Shown in pieces: positions 19,699 through 27,844 of a stretch of DNA of 53,764 bases (its first letter is position 1; every line of letters starts with the position of its first letter). Below the pieces are notes generated by a model. The model was not told the DNA's origin, searched no databases, and saw nothing but the letters and a program-made list of their open reading frames with translations. Where the stretch lies: contig JBKHIF010000001.1 of NCBI GenBank assembly GCA_046538795.1, forward strand, positions 1 through 53,764, in the 5' to 3' direction. This stretch comes from Candidatus Woesearchaeota archaeon (GTDB lineage Archaea > Nanobdellota > Nanobdellia > Woesearchaeales > CAZJJJ01). Position numbers and translations under genes: made by a program.

Positions 19699-20754
19699 TC
19701 AAATATCTTTCAATCCGCCTGTTTCAACTATGAAAGCAACCTCTGCTTCTGGAAGGTTTGGACTGTCAACAAGCTTTGCGACACGGGACCCTTTTTTTCC
19801 TTTCCTCAAATATATTCTAAAAGTAGATGCGTGTGCAACAATGTGGCCTCCTATGGCAGCAGTCGGATCTCCAAAAAACATATCCGGCTTTGCCATGACC
19901 TGATTTGTCACATATACACAAACATTGTACTGGTCAGCTATTTTCAGAAGACCATGCATGTGCTTGTTCAATTTTTGCTGCCTTTCAGCCAAAGTTCCTC
20001 GCCCTACAAACTCTGCCCTGAAATGAGCTGTAAGCGAATCAACTATGATAACTTTTACTTTCAGGTTCTGCTTGTTGATAAGATCCTCAACTTTCTCGAC
20101 AAGAAGCATCTGATGATCAGAATTGTATGCTCTTGCAACTTTTATTTGAGAAAGAACTTTCTCAACATCCTGTCCGCTGGCTTCTGCAAGCTGCTTGATT
20201 CTTTCTGGTCTGAAAGTATTTTCAGTATCAATATAAACAGCATAAGAATCTGGATCCTGATTCTGGCAGTTAACAGCCAGAAGATGAGCAATCTGTGTCT
20301 TTCCTGAACCGAATTCACCAAAGCATTCGGTTATTGCACCAGTCTCAAATCCGCCTCCCAAAAGAGCATTAAAGCTATCGCTTCCTGAATTTATTTTCTT
20401 AACAGTTTCTCTTTTCTTAAGGACATCAAGGCCAGATTCAAATCCCATGTTCATGGATTCCCTTGCAAAATTTATCATCTTTCTTGCAGCAGATTCTGAA
20501 ACACCTACAAGATCTACAATCTCGCCCGGTGTTGCAACAGCTATGCTCATCACATTGTCATAGCCTGAAAGCCTAAGTTTTTCTGCAGTCGCAGCACCCA
20601 CACCCGGAAGGTTTTCGATCTCTACCTTTTTCTCTTCCTTTTTTGCAGGCTCTTCAACTAAAGCATCATTTTCTTTTATCTCTTCCACATTTTCCATATC
20701 TTCTGAATTATTATCAATCATCATATCATCACTTTTCTTTGCTATTGCAACCAT
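19699..20754 (-). CDS. radA: DNA repair and recombination protein RadA
   Basis: HhH N-domain (PGVGAATAEKL) and Walker A GEFGSGKTQ, archaeal RadA-like throughout. The start is set at ATG 20754, preceded by GGTGAT. The track start at 20763 is GTG. Confidence 0.95.
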   Translation of the reverse strand: MVAIAKKSDDMMIDNNSEDMENVEEIKENDALVEEPAKKEEKKVEIENLPGVGAATAEKLRLSGYDNVMSIAVATPGEIVDLVGVSESAARKMINFARESMNMGFESGLDVLKKRETVKKINSGSDSFNALLGGGFETGAITECFGEFGSGKTQIAHLLAVNCQNQDPDSYAVYIDTENTFRPERIKQLAEASGQDVEKVLSQIKVARAYNSDHQMLLVEKVEDLINKQNLKVKVIIVDSLTAHFRAEFVGRGTLAERQQKLNKHMHGLLKIADQYNVCVYVTNQVMAKPDMFFGDPTAAIGGHIVAHASTFRIYLRKGKKGSRVAKLVDSPNLPEAEVAFIVETGGLKDI

Positions 20755-20820
20755 TACTATCACCTTCGCATTTTATCTGCATATATAAAACTTGTGAATA
20801 ACTCAAACCGATGGCTATTC

Positions 20821-20947
20821 CCCTACCTGCTCGAAGAGTACCCTTGCAAGGCAAAGGACAGGGCACCCCACAGGGGTACTCTTTGAGCACATCATTGGTG
20901 CATTTTGCTTTCGGTTTGAGGGATTGAAAATTTCATGCGAAATTTTC
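20821..20947 (-). repeat. GC-rich hairpin-forming intergenic element, copy C (inverted relative to A/B)
   Basis: On the minus strand it reads a perfect 9-bp hairpin GAAAATTTC-GCAT-GAAATTTTC, then AATCCCTCAAACCGAAAG, then GCTCAAAGAGTACCC..GGGGTGCC..GGGTACTC (an 8-bp outer stem). It lies ~65 nt upstream of the radA ATG. Confidence 0.6.
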
Positions 20948-20950
20948 AAT

Positions 20951-20965
20951 AAAAAAATAAAAAAA
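20951..20965 (-). terminator. T-rich tract after the PC4-like gene
   Basis: The minus strand reads CTTTTTTTATTTTTTTATT about 10 nt after the TAG stop at 20976. Confidence 0.4.
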
Positions 20966-20975
20966 GAATTTGGTT

Positions 20976-21266
20976 CTAGTTTTCAGCCATATTTATGTAC
21001 TCATATGCTTTATTTAGAACCAAAGAAGCCTTTGGAATGTCATTTATCCTGAGACTGCTCGTCGGTTTCCAGTTTCCATCCTTATCCCTGTAATTTCTCT
21101 CGAAACTCACAGTCCTGTAAGAAACAGGCTGTCCGTCTTTATTAGTTGTCTCATTCTTCCAGACTGTCGCGCTTATTCCGCCAATCTGAAATTTCTTCTC
21201 AGGAAGATTTGATGAGGCACCCCCTGTACCTATGTTCTGGTTCTGATTTTGGTTTATTACTTCCAT
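20976..21266 (-). CDS. Small ssDNA-binding protein candidate (PC4/YdbC-like fold)
   Basis: RTVSFERNYRDKDGNWKPTSSLRINDIPKASLVLNKAYEYI resembles the PC4-type beta-sheet plus C-terminal helix. The start is trimmed to ATG 21266, which has a strong AGGAGG 8 nt upstream. The family call is tentative. Confidence 0.5.
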   Translation of the reverse strand: MEVINQNQNQNIGTGGASSNLPEKKFQIGGISATVWKNETTNKDGQPVSYRTVSFERNYRDKDGNWKPTSSLRINDIPKASLVLNKAYEYINMAEN

Positions 21267-21395
21267 TTTGCTTACCTCCTTGCTTGTCGCATTTTGTTTC
21301 AAACCACATTTCCATGCAGCCGGATCAAAAAGAAGTAAGAAAAAATCGTTTAAAAACCTCACACGCACAAATGTCCAGTGTCCAGTGAGAAAAAA

Positions 21396-22406
21396 TCATA
21401 AATTAATTATCTCATAATCTTTCTTGCCAAGACCGATCTGTTCTGCATACTCAACCTGATGATATTTATCAATTGAATTCATCTTATCAAGAACACCCTG
21501 AGAATTTTTCTCTGCAATATCAAGAGAAGCCATATCAATAGCGCAAGGATCATATCCCATAAGTATTCCTACATCTTCCATGAGAGGTTCCTGAGCTGAA
21601 CCCATGCAATCGCATCCAGGAGTTATCTTTTCAAGTATATTTATGAAAATGCATCTGTTTTCAGGTATTTTCTCAAAGACTGCCTTTGAATAATCAGCAA
21701 TCTTTTTCTGAAGTTCTTTATTTGTTGAAGTTTCCCAGGGTATCTGAACAGCGCCTGTTGGACACACTGCGATGCACATGGCGCATCCAGCACATTTCTC
21801 ATCATCAATCACAAGAACATTGTCTTTTTTGTTGATAGCATCAAAATCACATCCGTCAACACAAGACATGCAGTCTATGCATTTTTCTGTATTTATCTTT
21901 GGAGCAACAGTTGCATGCATATGAAGCTTTCCCGCCCTGCTTCCAAAACCCATTCCAAGATTTTTGAATGCTGCCCCGTATCCTGAAGCTATGTGTCCTT
22001 TGAAATGTGAAATCACAATTAAGGAATCATAGTTCTCAATACCTTTGCCAAGCTTAGCAGAATCTACAAAACAATTTTCTAAAGGAACCTCAATGAAATC
22101 ATCACCTTTCTCTCCGTCCATAATATCTATCGGGGCAAAGTCAAAACCATGTTCAAGAGCGGTTTTCTTATGATCTGTTGCATTTGTCCTTGATCCTTTG
22201 TAAAGAACATTTGTTTCAATTAACTTTGCACCTTTTCCAAGGGAATAAACCTTTTCATAAACGGCCTTTACTATCTTTGGATCCATATACGTGGTGCATC
22301 CATTTTCACCAAAATGAACTTTTATCCCGACATTTTCTCCAAGCCTTGAAAAATCAGCTTTTTCGATTATCTTTTGTATTGTTTTAGAAAAATATATTTG
22401 TGCCAT
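21396..22406 (-). CDS. DUF362-family protein with an inserted 2x[4Fe-4S] ferredoxin domain
   Basis: CIDCMSCVDGC and CAGCAMCIAVCP cluster motifs, embedded in a DUF362-like scaffold (GIKVHFGE). Confidence 0.75.
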   Translation of the reverse strand: MAQIYFSKTIQKIIEKADFSRLGENVGIKVHFGENGCTTYMDPKIVKAVYEKVYSLGKGAKLIETNVLYKGSRTNATDHKKTALEHGFDFAPIDIMDGEKGDDFIEVPLENCFVDSAKLGKGIENYDSLIVISHFKGHIASGYGAAFKNLGMGFGSRAGKLHMHATVAPKINTEKCIDCMSCVDGCDFDAINKKDNVLVIDDEKCAGCAMCIAVCPTGAVQIPWETSTNKELQKKIADYSKAVFEKIPENRCIFINILEKITPGCDCMGSAQEPLMEDVGILMGYDPCAIDMASLDIAEKNSQGVLDKMNSIDKYHQVEYAEQIGLGKKDYEIINL

Positions 22407-22452
22407 ATTAATGAAAAAATTAGAATTAGTATATAAAAATTATTATTGAAAA

Positions 22453-23979
22453 TCATTTAAGATTTTCATCATCTTCAAAAAACTCTTCATCGATATTCCC
22501 TATATCTTCAAGCTCATCAAGACCGTCTAAAGAATTTTCTGAAGAAGGACTCTGCTCATCCTCTTTATTTTCTTCAGTCTCTGAACCATCTATTGCCAAA
22601 GAATTTTCCTGTGTTTTTGATTCTTCTGTTTTTTCAGAAGTTCCGGTTGTTTCATTCACAGCATCCACATCACTTGAAAAGTCCTTCTTTTCCTGTTCTT
22701 GCTCTTCAGTTTCAGAAACGCTATCAACATCATCCAATGAACTTACGTCTTCAAGATCAGAATCATCTTCCAAAGCAGAAGATGACATAGAATTATCATC
22801 AATATCATCCATCGACATCGCAGATTCCTGAGATTCTTCTTTTGCTTGTGCCTGTTCTGAATCAGTTTTATTATTTACTGCGCTTACAATGCCTACTGAA
22901 GCTTGGGAAGAAACATCCTTTTTTTCAGGCTCAACAGAAGGATTTTCTTTATTTACAGAATTCACGCTGTTTCCAAGATTACCACCAGCACCATCTTTCT
23001 TCAGCCTGTTGATCTCATCCTGTGGATCAGGATCGGTTATTATCATGTTTGAAACTATTTCAAGTCTGTTAAACATCTCATTATTGACGACACGACCGCG
23101 AATCTTTACAATATGTCCTAAGAGATCATGCTTCACATCTTCAAATTGCTCTGGGTTTGTCCTGTATTGAAGTATCTGAGAAGTATCTTTGTTTAGAAGA
23201 TTCTCAAGCTGGTTCTTAAAACATACAACTCTTATGTTAGAGCTACCATCATCTATGAAAATATTAGATACAAAAGAGTAATCAGGGGTTACTTCTTCAC
23301 CTTGTTGGTTGTAGAATTTTCCATCATCATTTGGCTTAATCCTTCTCTTTGTATCAGGATCAACCTCAAAAAACCTTATATCAAAAACCTGAACAATAGT
23401 TCCAAGAACCTCTACATTGCTGTCTTCTGACGTAAGATCGCTTATGTTTTTCCGATTAATTTCAGGCCTTTTAACCTCACCTACATTTGCGCCTTCAGGA
23501 TTTATGCTTACCTTGCTTGAATCATTTAGATGTATTTCTTTTCGTCCGTTGTTATCTCTAGAATATGCATTTTCAATCTTCAGGACATCACCCTGATTCA
23601 GTTTTTCCATAAGCTCAACCTGATCATTCCAAAGAACAATCCTTATGACACCACTGTCATCTCCTAAAAGAAAAGAGCCTACTTTTCCAGGACCTCTTGC
23701 AGAATTAAACTCTCTTACTTCATATATCTGCTGGACTTTTCCCAATGTCTGGACATTTCGCATACCTGCAGGAATCTGGTTTATCTTCATAGGCTCGCCT
23801 TCTTTTGGAAGAAGGCTTACATTAAGCTCATTTGCAATTATGTGCGCAGCTCCCTCCTTGCTAACAAGACCAGAAAGCTGATTTAACTTATCATTGACTT
23901 TAGCAGTTATCTCCTCCTGAGACAACCCTGTTTTCTCCTGTATCATCTTAAGAATTTCATTATATGGAAGATTTATCAT
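22453..23979 (-). CDS. Replication protein A-like ssDNA-binding protein (OB folds) with a long acidic tail
   Basis: An N-terminal helical domain and OB-fold signatures (VGSFLLGDDSGVIRIVLWNDQ, and a second OB near IFIDDGSSNIRVVCF). The C-terminal ~170 aa are D/E/S-rich. Confidence 0.8.
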   Translation of the reverse strand: MINLPYNEILKMIQEKTGLSQEEITAKVNDKLNQLSGLVSKEGAAHIIANELNVSLLPKEGEPMKINQIPAGMRNVQTLGKVQQIYEVREFNSARGPGKVGSFLLGDDSGVIRIVLWNDQVELMEKLNQGDVLKIENAYSRDNNGRKEIHLNDSSKVSINPEGANVGEVKRPEINRKNISDLTSEDSNVEVLGTIVQVFDIRFFEVDPDTKRRIKPNDDGKFYNQQGEEVTPDYSFVSNIFIDDGSSNIRVVCFKNQLENLLNKDTSQILQYRTNPEQFEDVKHDLLGHIVKIRGRVVNNEMFNRLEIVSNMIITDPDPQDEINRLKKDGAGGNLGNSVNSVNKENPSVEPEKKDVSSQASVGIVSAVNNKTDSEQAQAKEESQESAMSMDDIDDNSMSSSALEDDSDLEDVSSLDDVDSVSETEEQEQEKKDFSSDVDAVNETTGTSEKTEESKTQENSLAIDGSETEENKEDEQSPSSENSLDGLDELEDIGNIDEEFFEDDENLK

Positions 23980-24000
23980 GAAAAACGTGAACTATTGAAT

Positions 24001-24010
24001 ATTTATATAA
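24001..24010 (-). promoter_or_regulatory. TATA-box-like element upstream of the RPA-like gene
   Basis: TTATATAAAT on the minus strand, 22-31 nt upstream of ATG 23979. The spacing fits a leaderless or short-leader archaeal mRNA. Confidence 0.35.
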
Positions 24011-24042
24011 TTTGTTATGATAAAGAATCATATTCCAAAATC

Positions 24043-26745
24043 TTATTCTAATGGAACAAAATTCGGATCAAGAGAAAACCTTACAAGATTTTCTGCAGAT
24101 TCATAATCTTCAGGATTGCTAAGGCTGTTTATTACCCGCCCTTCTCCTCTTTCCGCCAGTACACCAAAGCAATATTTTCCACCATCATTAACATATCTTC
24201 CAAGTATTATATTGATAGAAGTCTCTTCAACATTATCATAGCTTCTGTACCTCATCATATTTTTGCCTACACCTGAAACATCGCAGGCCCCCATCTCATC
24301 TCCTTCATATTCGTAATAAAGTATCGTATAGCTTTCTGGTTCATCCAACAAATCCAGCTCTTCTCCATTTTCATAGGTCTGAGGGGGCATCCATGATAAA
24401 GTATCTCCTGTAAATGCAACCATAGAAACAGGCCCGTATTCCAGATCGTCTTTTATGATGTTTGAATTAAGCTCTTCAATCGTTATCATCTCATCAAGAG
24501 AATTAGAAAGCTTATTTCCGTTGCTGTCAACACCAACAATACCTATGAGATATTCTGTATCTTTTTGCAAAGGAAGCGAATAGAGATATTTTCCTGAATT
24601 TTCAAAAGAGTATGCAAGATCATCTTCAAAAGTCATCCCTTCAAATCTTGTATTTTCTGGATTAACCGGATACATGCAAATCATGTTTTCATAATCAAAA
24701 TCACAGTCAAATGAATAAGGCATGGATAAAAGAGCATTTTCTTCTGCTGATGAAAATTGTATGGTGACTTTATTAACATAATCTGAATAATCCATCTCAG
24801 TTGTACTCATCTCATTAAGATATTTAAGATTACCATCATCCAGCGTATTTCTCATAAGTTCTTCGACCATATCAACATCCTGATAATATATATCATAATG
24901 ATCAATATCTTCTGCAGGACTCTTGTCAAACATTATTATTGCAGAATCAGAATCCTTAGGCTTGTCGTAGAACCGTACTCCGGTTATCTTAGGCGGAGGA
25001 TCATCCCTGAAATAAAGAGCAAACTTATATTTTACAGGTTCATAAGCTGCCATATATTCTTCTCTTCCAAAAAGATATTCTGTAGAGAATAGTTCCTGAG
25101 AACTTTCTACGCAGAACCTATGAAAAAGCCTTTGTGATGAGCATTGGAGATCAGTCCTATCAACAACAGGATTGTTTTCTGAATCAGCTGGAGCAAAGCA
25201 CAGCGTCCCTGAATCAATCTTATAAAGCTTGTTCAAGAGAGGTCTTCGTCCAAACTGAGGGATCGATATTTCTCCATTAGAATTTCTGAGTATTATCTCA
25301 TCTGCATCAGTTACATATTCATCTTCTGCTCCGAAAAATTCTGCAAACCCACCCCTATTCCTGAAATAACACAGGTTAAGATTTCCTGAAGGATTAACGA
25401 TTTCTTTAGAAAATATATTTCCATCTCGTTCATATCTTAGGCGGATCATATCATTTCCAAACTTAGTGCCTTTCTCAAGAATAATCTCAGAATCTTCAGG
25501 AAGATTGTCTAAAGAAAGCCTGCAAAAACAAGATTCGCTCTGTTTGTCTGAATCAAGGCACAGCATGAAATCCTCGTAAAGCGTTTCAAGATATTCCTCA
25601 TCACTATTACATGAACCATAGTTCCATCTGTAATTGTAATCTGTATGTGGTTCGTCATCTGGATGTGCAGAAGGTATTTCATAAGAGCCAAATTCTTCGA
25701 TCATATCATCTATGCATATGTCAAGGTCTGGTTTTCCTGAACATTCCTCAACAAGGGCTTCTGCATCTTGTATTATTTGTTCATATTCGCTCAAGTCATA
25801 ATCAAGATATACTGAAAATGAAGGATTTATCTTATAAAGGCCAAACTGGCTTACGATGTCAGAGTATGAAGGTGATTCTCCTAGAATCTTTTTCGCCCAG
25901 AAAGAATAGAAAAGCTCAGATTTCTCAAGTATGGATTTCATATCTTCATATATATCAACATTCATTATGCCTTCCTGATGGATAAGCTTTCTTGAATACT
26001 CATCAAGATGAGATTCCCCATTGTTTAAGATCCGTTCCATATTTATGCTCCTTCTTTTAGGAAGATCATAAAGAATCTTGTCAGAAGTATCTTTGTCAGA
26101 AAAAAAAGCCGTGGTTATAAGGTAAAGATTTCCGTGATACTCTGAATAAAGACTCATCACATATCTTGCAGCAACCTCTATATTCTTTTCAGGATCAAAC
26201 CGGTCATCATATTCATCTGATTCAGGTTCTGGAGAACATCCCGGCTCAAAAGAACAGTCACCCTCTCTTTTTCCATTGGGAGAACAGCAAGAAACAATCT
26301 TTCCGAAAACATCACCAAATCTTTCTCTTTGGGAAATCTCCTCACTTAAGGGTATTATTCCTGCCCGTCCTATGTGTGAGATATAATCTTCATTGCCTTC
26401 TGAAGAAACAGATATAAATGTCTTTAGAAGATATATACATTCAGAACGCTCGTCAGGAGACGTGACAGCATCTGAACAAGAAGATGCTATAAGAGGACTG
26501 TATCTTTCTATCTCCTGCCTGGTTTCAACGCTCAGACCAAGGTCTTCCATTGTAGGTATCTCACTTACAGCATGCCCTGTAAGAAGGCTTCTTGAAAATC
26601 TATCAAGGTTCATATTTGAAAAAAGAGAAAATTCTCCTGCAACCATGAAAAAAAGGACAAGAGTAACTAAAAGATTAAAAGCAAAAACAATCTTTCCTGC
26701 TTTATTCCTTTTTTCCTCTTCTTTATTTATCCTTTTTAATCTCAT
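24043..26745 (-). CDS. Pilin-signal-anchored 900-aa surface protein with an SLT (GH23)-like lytic transglycosylase segment
   Basis: N-terminus MRLKRINKEEEKRNKAG-KIVFAFNLLVTLVLFFMV. Residues ~95-215 read VSSEGNEDYISHIGRAGIIPL ... DPEKNIEVAARYVMSLYSEYHGNLYLITTAFF, which resembles the SLT pattern ES..(S)..GA.GLMQ ... N...G..YL..L...Y.G. The rest is unrecognised. Confidence 0.6.
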   Translation of the reverse strand: MRLKRINKEEEKRNKAGKIVFAFNLLVTLVLFFMVAGEFSLFSNMNLDRFSRSLLTGHAVSEIPTMEDLGLSVETRQEIERYSPLIASSCSDAVTSPDERSECIYLLKTFISVSSEGNEDYISHIGRAGIIPLSEEISQRERFGDVFGKIVSCCSPNGKREGDCSFEPGCSPEPESDEYDDRFDPEKNIEVAARYVMSLYSEYHGNLYLITTAFFSDKDTSDKILYDLPKRRSINMERILNNGESHLDEYSRKLIHQEGIMNVDIYEDMKSILEKSELFYSFWAKKILGESPSYSDIVSQFGLYKINPSFSVYLDYDLSEYEQIIQDAEALVEECSGKPDLDICIDDMIEEFGSYEIPSAHPDDEPHTDYNYRWNYGSCNSDEEYLETLYEDFMLCLDSDKQSESCFCRLSLDNLPEDSEIILEKGTKFGNDMIRLRYERDGNIFSKEIVNPSGNLNLCYFRNRGGFAEFFGAEDEYVTDADEIILRNSNGEISIPQFGRRPLLNKLYKIDSGTLCFAPADSENNPVVDRTDLQCSSQRLFHRFCVESSQELFSTEYLFGREEYMAAYEPVKYKFALYFRDDPPPKITGVRFYDKPKDSDSAIIMFDKSPAEDIDHYDIYYQDVDMVEELMRNTLDDGNLKYLNEMSTTEMDYSDYVNKVTIQFSSAEENALLSMPYSFDCDFDYENMICMYPVNPENTRFEGMTFEDDLAYSFENSGKYLYSLPLQKDTEYLIGIVGVDSNGNKLSNSLDEMITIEELNSNIIKDDLEYGPVSMVAFTGDTLSWMPPQTYENGEELDLLDEPESYTILYYEYEGDEMGACDVSGVGKNMMRYRSYDNVEETSINIILGRYVNDGGKYCFGVLAERGEGRVINSLSNPEDYESAENLVRFSLDPNFVPLE

Positions 26746-26757
26746 CTCAAAACATCT

Positions 26758-27819
26758 CTACTTTTTTAGCAACCTGAATATTTTTTGTATGTTTTCTCTC
26801 GTATATCCCAGCTGCATCATATAACCGGATATCTGGTCTTTTGTATATCCTTGTCTGAAAAGCCCATCAACGTATCTGATCACAGGATCATCAAATATCT
26901 TCCTGCTTTGTTTTGAAAACATATAGCTTCCGCTTACAAAAAGCAGAGCAACTGAAAGTATGAACAAAAATATAAGCGCAAAATCAGAATAATCAGGACC
27001 ATAATCAACCTCTTCATAATGATAGGAACGCTTATAAGCAATTTTTTCTGCATCCTCTTTATTTTCAGGATTATCCCTTTCTTCTGCTTCTTCAAGAAGG
27101 ATCGCATCATTATCATTTTCTTCAGACACACATCTGCCTATGCAGCATTTTGTTCCAAAATCATCTGAGTATATATTTTCACCATCACATTCCTGATATA
27201 TAGTGCAGGGTTTTCCTCCCAAAGAATTGCATGAAATAAGATCATCTTCTTCTAAAAGAGAAATGCAGTCTTCATCACACCCACAATCAATATCTTTTTC
27301 CTCGCAATCAGGATCACATATCCCATCATCCTCTAGATCGCAATAATTATCACTTTCACCAGAATCACAGTCATCGCATGATGCAAAACTTTCTGAAAGA
27401 CTGCACCCAGAATCACTGCATGGCTCGCATATTCCGTCATTATCGCACAAATTTATCAACCTATAATCGCCAGAAAAACCATAACCTGTCCTGAAGTAAT
27501 AGATATCTGAAGAACTCTCATCGACATGAAATACCACTCTTCCTGAATCATCAATCTTTTCCGAGGAAATTAGCTCTTTTGAATCATCATAAAGAAGAAC
27601 AGGAATCCCTGTATTCAAAGAGTCTCCTTTGTAAAACTCCCGACTATAAAATTCATTCCAGCTAAAAGCATAATATTTCTCAACGTTCATATCAGAATCA
27701 AATTCAATGAATATATCAAGAGCAGAAGAAAAAGGAATAACCAACATCACAAGAGCAAGAGCTATTAAATAAAAACGGTTTTTATTTCTTTTAAATATTA
27801 AAAAAATTTTGTCTCTCAT
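26758..27819 (-). CDS. Cys/Asp-rich secreted protein with a C-terminal TM anchor and a small basic cytoplasmic domain
   Basis: N-terminal signal/anchor (YLIALALVMLVIPFSSA), a Cys/Asp cluster (CDNDGICEPCSDSGC...CDLEDDGICDPDCEEKDIDCGCDEDC), then the TM FALIFLFILSVALLFVSGSYMF and a ~55-aa tail. Confidence 0.7.
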   Translation of the reverse strand: MRDKIFLIFKRNKNRFYLIALALVMLVIPFSSALDIFIEFDSDMNVEKYYAFSWNEFYSREFYKGDSLNTGIPVLLYDDSKELISSEKIDDSGRVVFHVDESSSDIYYFRTGYGFSGDYRLINLCDNDGICEPCSDSGCSLSESFASCDDCDSGESDNYCDLEDDGICDPDCEEKDIDCGCDEDCISLLEEDDLISCNSLGGKPCTIYQECDGENIYSDDFGTKCCIGRCVSEENDNDAILLEEAEERDNPENKEDAEKIAYKRSYHYEEVDYGPDYSDFALIFLFILSVALLFVSGSYMFSKQSRKIFDDPVIRYVDGLFRQGYTKDQISGYMMQLGYTRENIQKIFRLLKK

Positions 27820-27844
27820 TTTGTCTTATTTTTTGTGTTTAGCC

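Noticed and set aside
20976-21368. Long N-terminal extensions in the ORF track: 130-aa form of the PC4-like gene, 331-aa form of the GT2 gene (10113..11108), and 108-aa form of the small pilin (36356..36682).
   Set aside because: The extensions overlap upstream genes or consist of non-conserved-looking hydrophobic or odd sequence. Internal ATGs have good ribosome-binding sites or sit immediately after the upstream stop, and they give family-typical N-termini.
21372-21385. Tandem heptamer TGTCCAG x2 upstream of the PC4-like gene, as a possible operator.
   Set aside because: It is too short to distinguish from chance without comparative data. It is mentioned only in passing under the ssDNA-gene cluster finding.
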